A stretch of 64,000 nucleotides of DNA, from NCBI GenBank assembly GCA_963695545.1, contig OY968796.1, positions 3,552,001 to 3,616,000 on the forward strand. Direction: 5' to 3'. Of this stretch, positions 50,921 through 60,678 are shown in pieces. The first letter of the stretch is position 1. Every line of letters begins with the position of its first letter. The position numbers and the translations under genes are program-made. This stretch comes from Terriglobia bacterium (GTDB lineage Bacteria; Acidobacteriota; Terriglobia; Acidiferrales; UBA7541). The notes below the pieces were generated by a model that was not told the DNA's origin, searched no databases, and worked only from the letters and a program-made list of their open reading frames with translations.

Positions 50921-52138
50921 TTGGCCGCTACGCCTAAGCAACGCGTCCTGAGCGGCATGCGGCCGACCGGCCGCCTGCACATCGGCCATTTTTTCGGCGC
51001 CCTCGCCAACTGGATCGAAATGCAATCCAACTACGAATGTTTTTTCTTCGTGGCCGATTGGCACGCGCTCACTTCCGATTACGCCGATACGTCGGCCATC
51101 GCGCAAAACTCAATCGAGATCGCAACCGACTGGCTCGCCTCCGGCCTCGACCCCGCGAAGTGCACTATGTTCATCCAATCGCAAGTGCCCGAGCACGCCG
51201 AGCTGCAGCTCCTGCTCTCGATGGTCACGCCCCTCGGATGGCTCGAACGCGTGCCCACCTACAAGGAAGCTCTCGAAAACGTCAAAGGGAAAGATCTGCA
51301 CACCTTCGGCTTCCTCGGCTATCCGGTCCTTCAAGCCGCCGACATCGTTATCTATGACGCCGATCTCGTGCCCGTCGGCGAAGACCAGGTCGCTCACGTT
51401 GAGCTGACGCGCGAAATCGTTAACACCTTCAACACGTTCTACGGATTCGATGTGGATTTCGGCGAGTGGGAGAAACAGGATAAACGCGGATTGGCGAAGG
51501 CGCTCGGACACGAACAGACGATTAACCGCGAAGCTTTGCGAAAACGGATCCTGGAAGAAGGCCTCGTTAACTTCTACAAAAGAATTGGCGAAAAGAATCA
51601 GCAGTTTGTTCATATTCATAAAGTCCTGCGCGAACCGGACGCGATGCTGACGCGAACGCCGCGCATTCCCGGCACCGACGGCCGCAAAATGTCGAAGTCC
51701 TACAACAATTTCATATCGCTCAGCGAATCCGACGAAGACATCCGCAAGAAAACGCGCGCGATGGTCACCGACCCCGCCCGGAAGCGCCGCGAGGACGTCG
51801 GCAATCCGGACGTGTGCCCGGTCTTCGACTGGCATAAACTGTTCTCGACGCCCGAAGTCATCCAGCGCATCAGCCGCGATTGCCGCACCGCCGCGATCGG
51901 CTGCGTCGATTGCAAACAAGTCGTGGCCGACGCGCTGATAAAATGGATTGAGCCAGTGCGCGAACGCCGCCGCGAATTTGAGAAGAAGCCCGCGGCCGTG
52001 CTCGAGATTCTGGACGAAGGCTCAAAGAAAGCGCGCACTGTCGCCAAAGCCACGATGGAACGTGTGCGCGAAGCCGTCTTCGGCTGGAAGAAAACACGCG
52101 AGTCGATTGAAGCAAACGCATCGAAGGCGGGAAACTGA
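50921..52138 (+). CDS. trpS: Tryptophan--tRNA ligase with a ~55-60 aa insertion
   Basis: SGMRPTGRLHIGH, VPVGEDQ, KMSKS. Confidence 0.96.
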   Translation: MAATPKQRVLSGMRPTGRLHIGHFFGALANWIEMQSNYECFFFVADWHALTSDYADTSAIAQNSIEIATDWLASGLDPAKCTMFIQSQVPEHAELQLLLSMVTPLGWLERVPTYKEALENVKGKDLHTFGFLGYPVLQAADIVIYDADLVPVGEDQVAHVELTREIVNTFNTFYGFDVDFGEWEKQDKRGLAKALGHEQTINREALRKRILEEGLVNFYKRIGEKNQQFVHIHKVLREPDAMLTRTPRIPGTDGRKMSKSYNNFISLSESDEDIRKKTRAMVTDPARKRREDVGNPDVCPVFDWHKLFSTPEVIQRISRDCRTAAIGCVDCKQVVADALIKWIEPVRERRREFEKKPAAVLEILDEGSKKARTVAKATMERVREAVFGWKKTRESIEANASKAGN

Positions 52139-52141
52139 AGC

Positions 52142-52909
52142 ATGGCATCGCCTCTCAAAATTCATCTCGCGATCTATGACGGCCCGCTCGATCTGCTTCT
52201 CGATCTGATCAAAAAGCAGGAGCTCGACATCCACAACATTCCCATCGCGCAGATCACCGGCCAATATCTCGATTATCTGCACAAGCTCGAACAGCTCGAT
52301 ATGGATGTTTCCGCCGAATTCATCTACATGGCCGCCACGCTGATTCACATCAAATCGAAAATGCTTTTGCCGCCCGATCCGCTGGCTGGCGCCGAAGATC
52401 CGCGCGCGGAGCTGGTCTACCGCTTGGTCGAGCACGAAAAATTCAAGAGCGCCGCCCAACTGCTCTACCAAAAACAGCAAATCGAGCAACACGTCTGGTC
52501 GAAACCCGACCGCTCACTCTACGAAGGCGAAGGCACGGAAGCGGAACTCGTCGTCTCGCTCGTCGATCTGGTGCGCGTGTTCCAGCAAGTGCTCGAGCGC
52601 CGCAAGGAAATCATGCGCATCGAGCTGCATCACGAGCAAATCACAGTTCCACAAATGATGGACCTGCTGCGCAAGGAATTGCTCGCGAACGACGAAGGCG
52701 TGAGCCTGATTCGCTTTTTCGAGTCCTGTCCCTCCCGTCAAGCTATGATCGTCGCTCTGCTCGCCGTGCTTGAGTTGGTGCGCCTGCAAGCGATCGTTCT
52801 GGTGCAGGAAGCGCTGTTCAGCGAGATTCAAGTTCGCAAACACAAATTGTTCGATCTGGTATTTTCCGGCGGCGACGCCCTGGGTGAAATCGAGAAGCAA
52901 TATGAATAG
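52142..52909 (+). CDS. scpA: Segregation and condensation protein A
   Basis: YDGPLDLLL, IKSKMLLP, LLAVLEL. Confidence 0.94.
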   Translation: MASPLKIHLAIYDGPLDLLLDLIKKQELDIHNIPIAQITGQYLDYLHKLEQLDMDVSAEFIYMAATLIHIKSKMLLPPDPLAGAEDPRAELVYRLVEHEKFKSAAQLLYQKQQIEQHVWSKPDRSLYEGEGTEAELVVSLVDLVRVFQQVLERRKEIMRIELHHEQITVPQMMDLLRKELLANDEGVSLIRFFESCPSRQAMIVALLAVLELVRLQAIVLVQEALFSEIQVRKHKLFDLVFSGGDALGEIEKQYE

Positions 52910-52933
52910 TCTTGGTCGCGCTGTCGAAACAAA

Positions 52934-53644
52934 ATGGACGCTCGCATGACGCCGACCGAACTCACAGGCGCGCTCGAAGCCATCATCTACGCCGCGGATG
53001 AACCCGTCACGCTCGAGCAATTGGCCGCTGCCGTCGGCGAAGAAAAAACCGGCGTGCGCGGCGCGCTCGATCTGCTCGTTGCCTCTTACGCGGTTGACGA
53101 GCGCGGCGTCGAAATTCGCCGCGTCGCCGGCGGCTACAAGTTTTACACCAAGCCGCAGCATCACGACGCCGTGCGCCGATTCATCAAAGCGCTCCGCCCT
53201 CCTCTGCGTCTCACCATGCCTGCGCTCGAAACACTCGCGGTGATCGCGTACAAGCAGCCCGCCACGCAGCCCGAAGTCCAGGAAATTCGCGGCGTGAATT
53301 GCGCGGGCGTGATCCAAACTCTCCTCGAAAAACGATTGATCACCACCGCCGGCAGAAAACATGTGCTCGGCCGCCCGATTCTTTATCGCACCTCGAAAGA
53401 ATTCATGATGCGCTTCGGCCTTTCCGATCTAGACGAATTGCCGAGCCTCAAGGAATTCGAGCAGCTCGCGCGCGATGCGCTCGGCACCGACGAAGGCTTG
53501 GCTCCCGCTGAATTCGAGCCCGGCGCCGACGCCGCATCCGGCGCCACGGACGCCTCCGCGACGCCGGATGGTTCGACGCGGGAGACGTCCCCGGAGAACT
53601 CCACTTCCGGCGCGGCTCCGACAGTTGCCGACGAAAGAGATTAG
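52934..53644 (+). CDS. scpB: Segregation and condensation protein B
   Basis: ALETLAVIAYKQP, IRGVN, GRPILYRT, FGLSDLDELP. Confidence 0.95.
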   Translation: MDARMTPTELTGALEAIIYAADEPVTLEQLAAAVGEEKTGVRGALDLLVASYAVDERGVEIRRVAGGYKFYTKPQHHDAVRRFIKALRPPLRLTMPALETLAVIAYKQPATQPEVQEIRGVNCAGVIQTLLEKRLITTAGRKHVLGRPILYRTSKEFMMRFGLSDLDELPSLKEFEQLARDALGTDEGLAPAEFEPGADAASGATDASATPDGSTRETSPENSTSGAAPTVADERD

Positions 53645-53662
53645 CTCTCACAGGTCCACACA

Positions 53663-55153
53663 ATGCTTCAGCGTTTGCAGAAGATCATCGCGCAAGCCGG
53701 AATTGCCTCACGCCGCCACGCCGAAGAATTAATTCGCAGCGGCCAGGTTCGCGTGAATGGCGCAATCGTCACCGAGCTCGGCTCGAAAGCTGATCCCGAA
53801 CACGATCGCGTCGAAGTCGCGGGCCGGGTCGCCGAAGTTCCCGAAGAGCGCGTCTACATCCTGCTGAACAAACCATCCGAAGTGGTGTCAACTCTCGCCG
53901 ACCCGGAAGGCCGCAAGACTCTGCGCCATTTTTTGCGCGGCACACCGGAACGCGTTTTCCCCGTTGGCCGCCTCGATTACGCGGCGAGCGGCCTGGTTTT
54001 GCTCACCAGCGATGGCGAACTCGCCGCGCGCGTGCTGCGCGCCGCGGCGCGCTTGCGCCAAATCTATTGGATCAAAGTGAAAGGCCGCATCAGTGAAACA
54101 GAAATGCACGATGTTGGCCGCGCCGCCTCCGCGCATTTCGCTCCGCTCAAAGGACCGTGGGCCAAGCGCTCGGCCGCGAATCCCTGGTACGAAGTCGAGC
54201 TCACCGGTGCCAGCCGCGACGCGCTTGGCCGCTCGCTGAAGCGGCAAGATCATCCCATCGAAAAAATGAAACGCGTGCAACTCGCCACGCTCGAACTGGG
54301 TCTGCTGCCGGAAGGCCATTACCGGCGACTCGAACCAGCCGAAGTCGATAAATTTTCGCGCGCTGTCGATCGCGCTCTCGCAGAGAAAAATGAGCCTGCG
54401 GCCATCGCGCCAACGCAGCATCCGCTTGCGGCGTCGCAGAAACCCGCCACGCAATTCGCCCGTCCCATCGCTGCGGCGGAACGGCCCGTCGCGCCACCGG
54501 CCGCTCGGCCGCCGCTCACGGTGCCAATCAATCGTCCGCAATTCGCGGCACCCGGCAAACCGTGGCGCGGCGCATCCAATCAGCGCCCGCCGACACGGCC
54601 ACGCGAGCCGTGGCGTGCGCGCAGCGGGAATCCGCCGCCGCGAAACAAACCTGGAAATGCGCCTCACTCGCCACAACACCCGCGACCGGGAGCGCCACAT
54701 CACCGGCCAGGCGCGCCCCCGAAACAAGATTGGCGGGGACAAAAATCAGGCCCTTGGCGCGGAAACAAAACGAGCGACGCGCCGCGATCGCAAAATCATC
54801 CGCGGCCGGGAGCTCCAAAACACCGGCCGGGCGCGCCGGCAAAGAACGATTGGCGCGCCGAGAAATCTGCTCCGTGGCGCGGAAACAAAACTGGCAGCGC
54901 GCCCGCACCGCCGAAAAAACCGTGGCCGGGTGCGCCGCATCATCGCCCGGGCGCGCCGGCGAAGAACGATTGGCGCGCGCGGAAATCTGGTCCGTGGCGC
55001 GGAAACAAAACCGGCGGCGCGCCTCACTCACCGGCGAACGCTCGGCGGCCGCGGCGACCGCAAAATCAAGGTTCGGCGAGACCAGCGCATCGCTCAAATC
55101 GCCCGAATCGCCCGGATCGCGATCCGCGACACACACCGCGACACTCGCGGTGA
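53663..55153 (+). CDS. rluB: 23S rRNA pseudouridine synthase (RluB/RsuA family) with long repetitive C-terminal tail
   Basis: RLQKIIAQAGIASRR (S4 domain), LNKP, PVGRLD; follows scpAB. Confidence 0.88.
   Translation: MLQRLQKIIAQAGIASRRHAEELIRSGQVRVNGAIVTELGSKADPEHDRVEVAGRVAEVPEERVYILLNKPSEVVSTLADPEGRKTLRHFLRGTPERVFPVGRLDYAASGLVLLTSDGELAARVLRAAARLRQIYWIKVKGRISETEMHDVGRAASAHFAPLKGPWAKRSAANPWYEVELTGASRDALGRSLKRQDHPIEKMKRVQLATLELGLLPEGHYRRLEPAEVDKFSRAVDRALAEKNEPAAIAPTQHPLAASQKPATQFARPIAAAERPVAPPAARPPLTVPINRPQFAAPGKPWRGASNQRPPTRPREPWRARSGNPPPRNKPGNAPHSPQHPRPGAPHHRPGAPPKQDWRGQKSGPWRGNKTSDAPRSQNHPRPGAPKHRPGAPAKNDWRAEKSAPWRGNKTGSAPAPPKKPWPGAPHHRPGAPAKNDWRARKSGPWRGNKTGGAPHSPANARRPRRPQNQGSARPAHRSNRPNRPDRDPRHTPRHSR
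54641..55032 (+). repeat. 120-bp (40-aa) coding tandem repeat, about 3.3 copies
   Basis: TGGCGCGGAAACAAAA recurs at 54755, 54875 and 54995. Confidence 0.9.
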
Positions 55154-55554
55154 GCGCGGATCTAATTCGCGAGTTGCTCGAACCGGCCAAGATCATCGCG
55201 GTGGTCGGACTTTCTTCGAGCCGATCGCGGCCGAGCAATGGCGTCGCGCGCTATCTTCAATCGGCCGGGTATCGCATCATCCCAGTGAATCCGAACGAGA
55301 GCGAAGTGCTTGGTGAGCGAGCTTACGCGCGCCTGGAAGACGTCCCGGAAAAAATCGACATCGTGGATATTTTTCGGCGCTCGAAATACGTGCCGGAAAT
55401 CGTGGAGAGCGCGATTCGCATCGGAGCGCGCGCGGTGTGGATGCAGGAAGGCGTGATTCACGAAGAAGCCGCGGAGCGCGCGCGGCAAGCCGGCCTGATG
55501 GTCGTGATGGACCGCTGCATCATGAAAAATCATCACGCACGCTTTGTAGCCTAA
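55150..55554 (+). CDS. CoA-binding protein (YccU-like)
   Basis: IAVVGLS, IIPVNP, VDIFRRS, VWMQEG, DRC; GTGA overlap with the rluB stop. Confidence 0.9.
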   Translation: MSADLIRELLEPAKIIAVVGLSSSRSRPSNGVARYLQSAGYRIIPVNPNESEVLGERAYARLEDVPEKIDIVDIFRRSKYVPEIVESAIRIGARAVWMQEGVIHEEAAERARQAGLMVVMDRCIMKNHHARFVA

Positions 55555-55590
55555 CCGCCGCGCAATCTGCCGGCGGCAAAAAACTTCCGC

Positions 55591-56532
55591 TCATTCTTGA
55601 CCGGATGGCTCAGCGTCGAGATCGATCGTGCCGACGCCGCCTTCGACCGTCAGCCGAATGGTGGCGGGCGATTTTCCGAGCGCATCGTTGACGTAGTCGT
55701 CGCCATCGCGCGTTAGTCCGTGCACGCTAATGGTGCCGAGGCCGCCTTCGGCGTGCACGCGCACGCCGACGTCTTGCGGAAGCTTGATGGTCGCCTGGCC
55801 GACTCCGCCTTCGACATCGGCGTCGAGATCGTTCTTGCGCGCGCCGCGCAAATCCAACTGCAACTGTCCCGCGCCGAGGTTAATTTTCAAATTCGTGAGG
55901 TCCAGGCCCCGAAGATCGAGTTCGCCCTGCCCCGCGCCCATGTCGAGCGAAAGATCGAGAGGGACGTCGTTGGCAAAGCGCAATTGCCAGGAATCGTCTG
56001 ACGTGCCCATGTGGATCGCGGGCTGTGTCTGCGAGATCTCGAGCTGTCCAATCCCTCCGGTAGCGGTGTAATTCACCTGCGGATCGCCATCAGATTCGAT
56101 GTAATCGAAGTGCGCATCAAGCAGCGACGATCCACCCGGTGAAATCGCGAGGCTGCCGGCGGGCATGGTGATGTGCGCGTCCACGGAGGTCGCGCCGCCG
56201 AGGTCCACGGCGCGGTCCTCGTGCATATGCTTTCCGTTCCAACGCTGGCGATGATGCTCAAACGCGAGAGCGAACAGGATCACGACGAACACCAGCCCGA
56301 TAATCGCGACGGAATTTCTCGCGTGCGGCGCGGTGGGATCGGAGCGCACACGGAAATAATCGATCAGCCCGCCGATGCCGAGAAAAATCAGGATCAGCGG
56401 CCAAAAGCGGGCCAGCAGCGCCCACGGGTTGAATCCCAGCCCCAAATTCGCGAGCAGGAGCAGCACGCCCAGCGCGATCAAAACTACGGCGCCCCAGATC
56501 GAACGGCTCGGGCGATGCTCTGTCTCGGTCAT
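55591..56532 (-). CDS. LiaF/DUF5668-type TM domain plus toast-rack-like domain
   Basis: LIALGVLLLLANLG...FWPLILI; repeated GAG/GVG beta-solenoid motifs. Confidence 0.75.
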   Translation of the reverse strand: MTETEHRPSRSIWGAVVLIALGVLLLLANLGLGFNPWALLARFWPLILIFLGIGGLIDYFRVRSDPTAPHARNSVAIIGLVFVVILFALAFEHHRQRWNGKHMHEDRAVDLGGATSVDAHITMPAGSLAISPGGSSLLDAHFDYIESDGDPQVNYTATGGIGQLEISQTQPAIHMGTSDDSWQLRFANDVPLDLSLDMGAGQGELDLRGLDLTNLKINLGAGQLQLDLRGARKNDLDADVEGGVGQATIKLPQDVGVRVHAEGGLGTISVHGLTRDGDDYVNDALGKSPATIRLTVEGGVGTIDLDAEPSGQE

Positions 56533-56591
56533 GATTTAGCCTCCTCTCTAAAGTACGAGAGTCGGGGTAAGAATGTTCCAATCGGGCGACG

Positions 56592-56840
56592 CTAATCCCG
56601 GGGCTTCAGTTTCAGGCGGCTCTTGTTTTCTTCGAGGAACGTCTTGAGATCGGGCACGGCATCGAGCAGTCGAATCCACTGCTCGTAATAGAGCGTCACC
56701 GGAAAACGGCCCAGGCCGTAGACGCTGACGCCGCCTTTTTCGCCAACGCGGAACTCGATGCTGCCCTTCGCGCGCGGCGCGGCTCTTTTTTCAAGTTCGG
56801 CGATGCGAGCCAGGAGTTCTTCTTTGGTGGGTTCGGGCAT
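56592..56840 (-). CDS. Conserved small hypothetical protein
   Basis: GEKGGVSVYGLGRFPVTLYYEQW; AAGGAG RBS. Confidence 0.75.
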   Translation of the reverse strand: MPEPTKEELLARIAELEKRAAPRAKGSIEFRVGEKGGVSVYGLGRFPVTLYYEQWIRLLDAVPDLKTFLEENKSRLKLKPRD

Positions 56841-56911
56841 CTTGCGGCTCCTTCCAGTTCGTGAAATCGTTCGAGGCGCGAGGAATCATATCACCGCAAT
56901 CGATTCGGGAT

Positions 56912-58750
56912 TCAGGCCGACGGAGATTTCACACTGGCGCGGATTTCCTGCCAGCGCTTGGGGCGCTTTTTGGCGTCGAGAACTTTCTTGCGCAGGCGAA
57001 TGGATTTCGGCGTGACCTCGACGTATTCATCGTCGGCGATGAATTCGATGGCTTTTTCAAGGGTCATCTCGCGCGGCGGAATCAAGCGAATGGCTTCATC
57101 GGCGGAAGACGAGCGCATGTTGGTCTGCTTTTTTTCTTTGGTGATGTTCACGTTCATATCGTCTTCGCGGGAATTTTCGCCCACGATCATGCCCTCGTAG
57201 ACTTCTTCGGTGGGCTTGATGAACATTTCGCCGCGTTCCTGAATGCCCCAAATCGCGAAGGCGGTGGAAACGCCGGCGCGATCGCACACGAGCGCGCCGG
57301 TGAGGCGCGAGGGCATATCGCCAGCGTAGTCGGTCCAGCCTTCGAGCACGGAGTGAATCAGCGCGGTGCCGCGCGTGTCCGTGAGCAATTGCCCGCGCAA
57401 ACCGATCAGGCCGCGCGAAGGAATATGGAAATCCATGCGCACGCGGCCGGAATGATGATTCACCATCTTGGCGAGTTCTCCGCGGCGGCTGCCGAGACTT
57501 TCCATGACGATGCCGATGAATGCTTCCGGGCAGTCGATCACCAGGCGTTCGAGCGGCTCGACGCGGCGGCCTTTTTCTTCGCGCACCACGATCTCGGGTT
57601 TCGCGACCATCAGCTCGTAGCCTTCGCGGCGCATGGTCTCGATCAGGATCGCGAGTTGCAATTCGCCGCGGGCCAGGACGCGGAAGGAATCGGTGGCGGT
57701 GGTTTCTTCGATGCGCAGAGAAACGTTGGTGAGAAGTTCGCGGTCGAGACGCGCGCGGAGATCGCGCGAGGTGACGTATTGACCTTCACGCCCGGCGAAG
57801 GGCGAAGTGTTCACGGTGAAGATCATGGTCAGCGTGGGCTCGTCGATCGTGAGCGGCTCAAGCGGCGCGGGATGTTCGAGATCGGTGATGCTCTCGCCGA
57901 TCTGAATGCCTTCGACTCCGGCGATGGCCACGATGTCGCCCGCGGCAACCTCGTCGGCTTCATCGCGATCGAGTCCGCGGAACGTGTAAAGCTTGGTGAT
58001 CTTGGTGGGCACAAGCGCGCCGGAAAGCTTGGCGATGCCGACGTCGGCGCCGCGCTTGAGCGTGCCTTCAAAAACGCGCGCGATGGCCAGGCGACCGAGA
58101 TATTCGCTGTAATCGAGATTGGTGACTTGAATTTGCAGCGTGGCTGCGGGATCGCCGGAAGGCGGCGGAATTTTTGCGAGGATAGTCTCAAACAGCGGAA
58201 CGAGATTCGTTGAGTCGTCACCGAGTTTGTAGTGCGCGACGCCGGCGCGCGCGTTGGTGTAAAGCACGGGGAAATCGAGCTGATCTTCGGTGGCGTCAAG
58301 ATCGATGAACAGATCGTAGATTTCATCCAGCACTTCGGCGCAGCGCGCATCGGAACGATCTATTTTGTTGAGGACGATGACCGGAGGGAGTTTCGCGGCG
58401 AGGGCTTTTTGCAAAACGTAACGCGTTTGCGGCAGCGGGCCTTCGCTCGCGTCCACGAGAAGGAGCACGCCATCGACCATGCGCAGCGCGCGCTCGACTT
58501 CGCCGCCGAAATCGCTGTGACCGGGCGTATCGACGATATTGATTTTCGTGCCGCGATAGGTGAGCGCGGTATTTTTCGCGAGGATGGTGATGCCGCGCTC
58601 GCGTTCGAGCTCGTTTGAATCCATCACGCGGTCAGTCAATTCCTCGTTTTCGCGGAATATGCCGCTCTGGCGCAGCATGAAATCGACCAGGGTGGTCTTG
58701 CCGTGGTCGACGTGCGCGATGATCGCGATGTTGCGTAGCTGCGTATTCAT
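56912..58750 (-). CDS. typA: Translational GTPase TypA/BipA
   Basis: [43 protein letters not shown]. Confidence 0.97.
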   Translation of the reverse strand: MNTQLRNIAIIAHVDHGKTTLVDFMLRQSGIFRENEELTDRVMDSNELERERGITILAKNTALTYRGTKINIVDTPGHSDFGGEVERALRMVDGVLLLVDASEGPLPQTRYVLQKALAAKLPPVIVLNKIDRSDARCAEVLDEIYDLFIDLDATEDQLDFPVLYTNARAGVAHYKLGDDSTNLVPLFETILAKIPPPSGDPAATLQIQVTNLDYSEYLGRLAIARVFEGTLKRGADVGIAKLSGALVPTKITKLYTFRGLDRDEADEVAAGDIVAIAGVEGIQIGESITDLEHPAPLEPLTIDEPTLTMIFTVNTSPFAGREGQYVTSRDLRARLDRELLTNVSLRIEETTATDSFRVLARGELQLAILIETMRREGYELMVAKPEIVVREEKGRRVEPLERLVIDCPEAFIGIVMESLGSRRGELAKMVNHHSGRVRMDFHIPSRGLIGLRGQLLTDTRGTALIHSVLEGWTDYAGDMPSRLTGALVCDRAGVSTAFAIWGIQERGEMFIKPTEEVYEGMIVGENSREDDMNVNITKEKKQTNMRSSSADEAIRLIPPREMTLEKAIEFIADDEYVEVTPKSIRLRKKVLDAKKRPKRWQEIRASVKSPSA

Positions 58751-59003
58751 ATCGTTCGAGGGCGCTGCGGCCAAATGAATAGGGATGTACCCACGGACTC
58801 GGTCAACCCTGATCCTTACCCAAGGGTTCTGGAGCGGCAAACGCAGTGTTTATTTTAGCACGGGAAACGCGATTGCGCCGCCGCCGAGACAGGCAGTTCC
58901 CCGGATGCGGCGTCGGCGAAGAGTGCGAACGGTAAAGGGTTGACGGCATGAGCTTTGTGGCGGCGGGCGGGCGAATCTCAGGTGACACTTTAGGAGTGCG
59001 GCG

Positions 59004-59370
59004 CGGGCGCCTATATATACCCCCGGTACCAAATGCATAAAATACTGAAAAAACAGGGCTTCCAGGAAAAGAGTGCGGATGAGTGTGAAAATGCGAGGAC
59101 TTAAAAATCAATTGATTCAGCGGGTTGCGCACTCTTTTGTATGAGTGTGAAAATACGAGGTTTGCAGGCGCACTACGTGCGAAAAGAGTGAGGAGTGCGG
59201 TTGAGGAGAAATCCGATGCGAAGGACGCGCTGTTTTCGCGCGAGGCGAGGAGGTGCGAAGGCATTCCGTGCCGGACGCGGGATTCGATGGTCGATAGCGA
59301 AGTCATACCATCTTATAGCACGTAATTACCTGCGCGTCAAGTATACTATTCGAGTATTCGAATAGATTTC
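59004..59370 (-). repeat. Intergenic element copy 2 (related to 23742-23975)
   Basis: Minus-strand TTGACG-17-TATAAG, then ATG at 59306; ATGAGTGTGAAAAT twice; AAAAGAGTGCG and its inverse; GGGCGC...ATACCCCCGGTA end. Confidence 0.65.
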
Positions 59371-59539
59371 CACAGTTCGAAAGCGAGCCTTGGCGGGCGC
59401 CAGCCGGCACGGTAGCGAACGGATTACGGCAGACGTGACCAGTTAGGGATACCTGTCAGGCAATTCGAATTACGAGGCACAGCTCGGAGGAAAGAAGACT
59501 TGTTGAATTTCTGCCGCTGGTTTGAGAGAAAGTAGAAAA

Positions 59540-60076
59540 ATGACTGGGTTCTTCGACGGACCTAAGGTTGGCGTGGTGGCAAGTTCGGGAATGGTTAGGG
59601 TGACGGTTCATCCGAGGCCCAACTGGCAGGCTGGACTTGTGATTTTGGCTGGCGGCATCCTTGAGGCGTCGGTCCTTTTTCACTTTTGGTCGCTCACATC
59701 TCGTTCTTTTCACTTCATCTTGATAGCAATTTTCGTTTCCACTCTCGGAAGTTCGCTCTACCAGTTTTCTGGCGAAGAAATCATTGAAATTGATTCCCAA
59801 AAGCTGACGATTCGTAAGGGAATCCATGGGTGGGAGCGAAAGCGCGAATACCGAATTGACGAATGTCGAGACCTTGAATGGGACTCGGGCCCGAAAGGTG
59901 GTTCTTATCTGACGTGCAAAGTGGGTCGGTGGCCCATAAAATTCGCAAACAGGCTCTCCGAGAATGACGCGATCGAGATACTGTCTGCTCTTCAACGAAC
60001 CCTGCCTGACGTGGCGGAGAAGATTTGCACTTACCCCGGCGGCAAAGATCATTTCATAACTTTGGGGCTCAACTAG
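59540..60076 (+). CDS. Low-GC hypothetical membrane protein (two TM segments plus PH-like tail)
   Basis: Two hydrophobic segments then GEEIIEID...LTIRK; atypical composition. Confidence 0.6.
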   Translation: MTGFFDGPKVGVVASSGMVRVTVHPRPNWQAGLVILAGGILEASVLFHFWSLTSRSFHFILIAIFVSTLGSSLYQFSGEEIIEIDSQKLTIRKGIHGWERKREYRIDECRDLEWDSGPKGGSYLTCKVGRWPIKFANRLSENDAIEILSALQRTLPDVAEKICTYPGGKDHFITLGLN

Positions 60077-60150
60077 CACTGAAGGCTGGCCGTTCCGGCA
60101 GCGGCCGGATTACCGCAGTTGCGGCTGGCGACGGGCGCCGTCCGGGAGCT

Positions 60151-60258
60151 TTAGAGCAGCCGCAGGAATTCTTCCAACGTGACGCCGAGTTGCCTCGTCT
60201 TTGAAAAACCTAAACGCCGCGCGGCGCTTTGAAATTGGCGGGCGGTGGCGCTAGGCAT
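60151..60258 (-). pseudogene. hicA: HicA toxin with internal in-frame deletion (35 aa)
   Basis: MPSATARQFQSAARRLGFSKTRQ|LGVTLEEFLRLL: HicA-like N- and C-termini, no GSH core; start overlaps the hicB stop. Confidence 0.78.
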
Positions 60259-60463
60259 GAAGGATTTCAGTGGTGTCCGCGGGCAACGGGGTTCGTTTTT
60301 CCGCGTACTCTTTGGCAATCATGCCAAAGACCTCGGAGAGCTCGGCAAGCGCCTGTTCGCGCGTGGGCATTAGCGCGTAGCAGCCTGGAATAGCGGGGAT
60401 ATCGGCAACCCAGGAGCCATCTTCCTGGCGGTAGAGAATGATTTTGTAATCTTCGAGGAGCAT
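60251..60463 (-). CDS. hicB: Short HicB-family antitoxin
   Basis: YKIILYRQEDGSWVADIPAIPGCYA...TREQAL pattern. Confidence 0.85.
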   Translation of the reverse strand: MLLEDYKIILYRQEDGSWVADIPAIPGCYALMPTREQALAELSEVFGMIAKEYAEKRTPLPADTTEILHA

Positions 60464-60678
60464 TAACGCCTCTGACTAGCTCGGGAAACAGTAACACAGG
60501 CGCATTCGTTGTGGCGTAAGCTTGCGCGCGGATTGCGAATCCGCCCGCGCCCTCGATCCGAAAAAGCATATTCCGCACGGCTATGCCGCGTTGAGATCGC
60601 CGAATTGCGGCGTGAGAGACCTGATTCGCGCGCGAACCGGACATACGACTTCGTGGGTCAATAGCAAGCGTTATCGGA

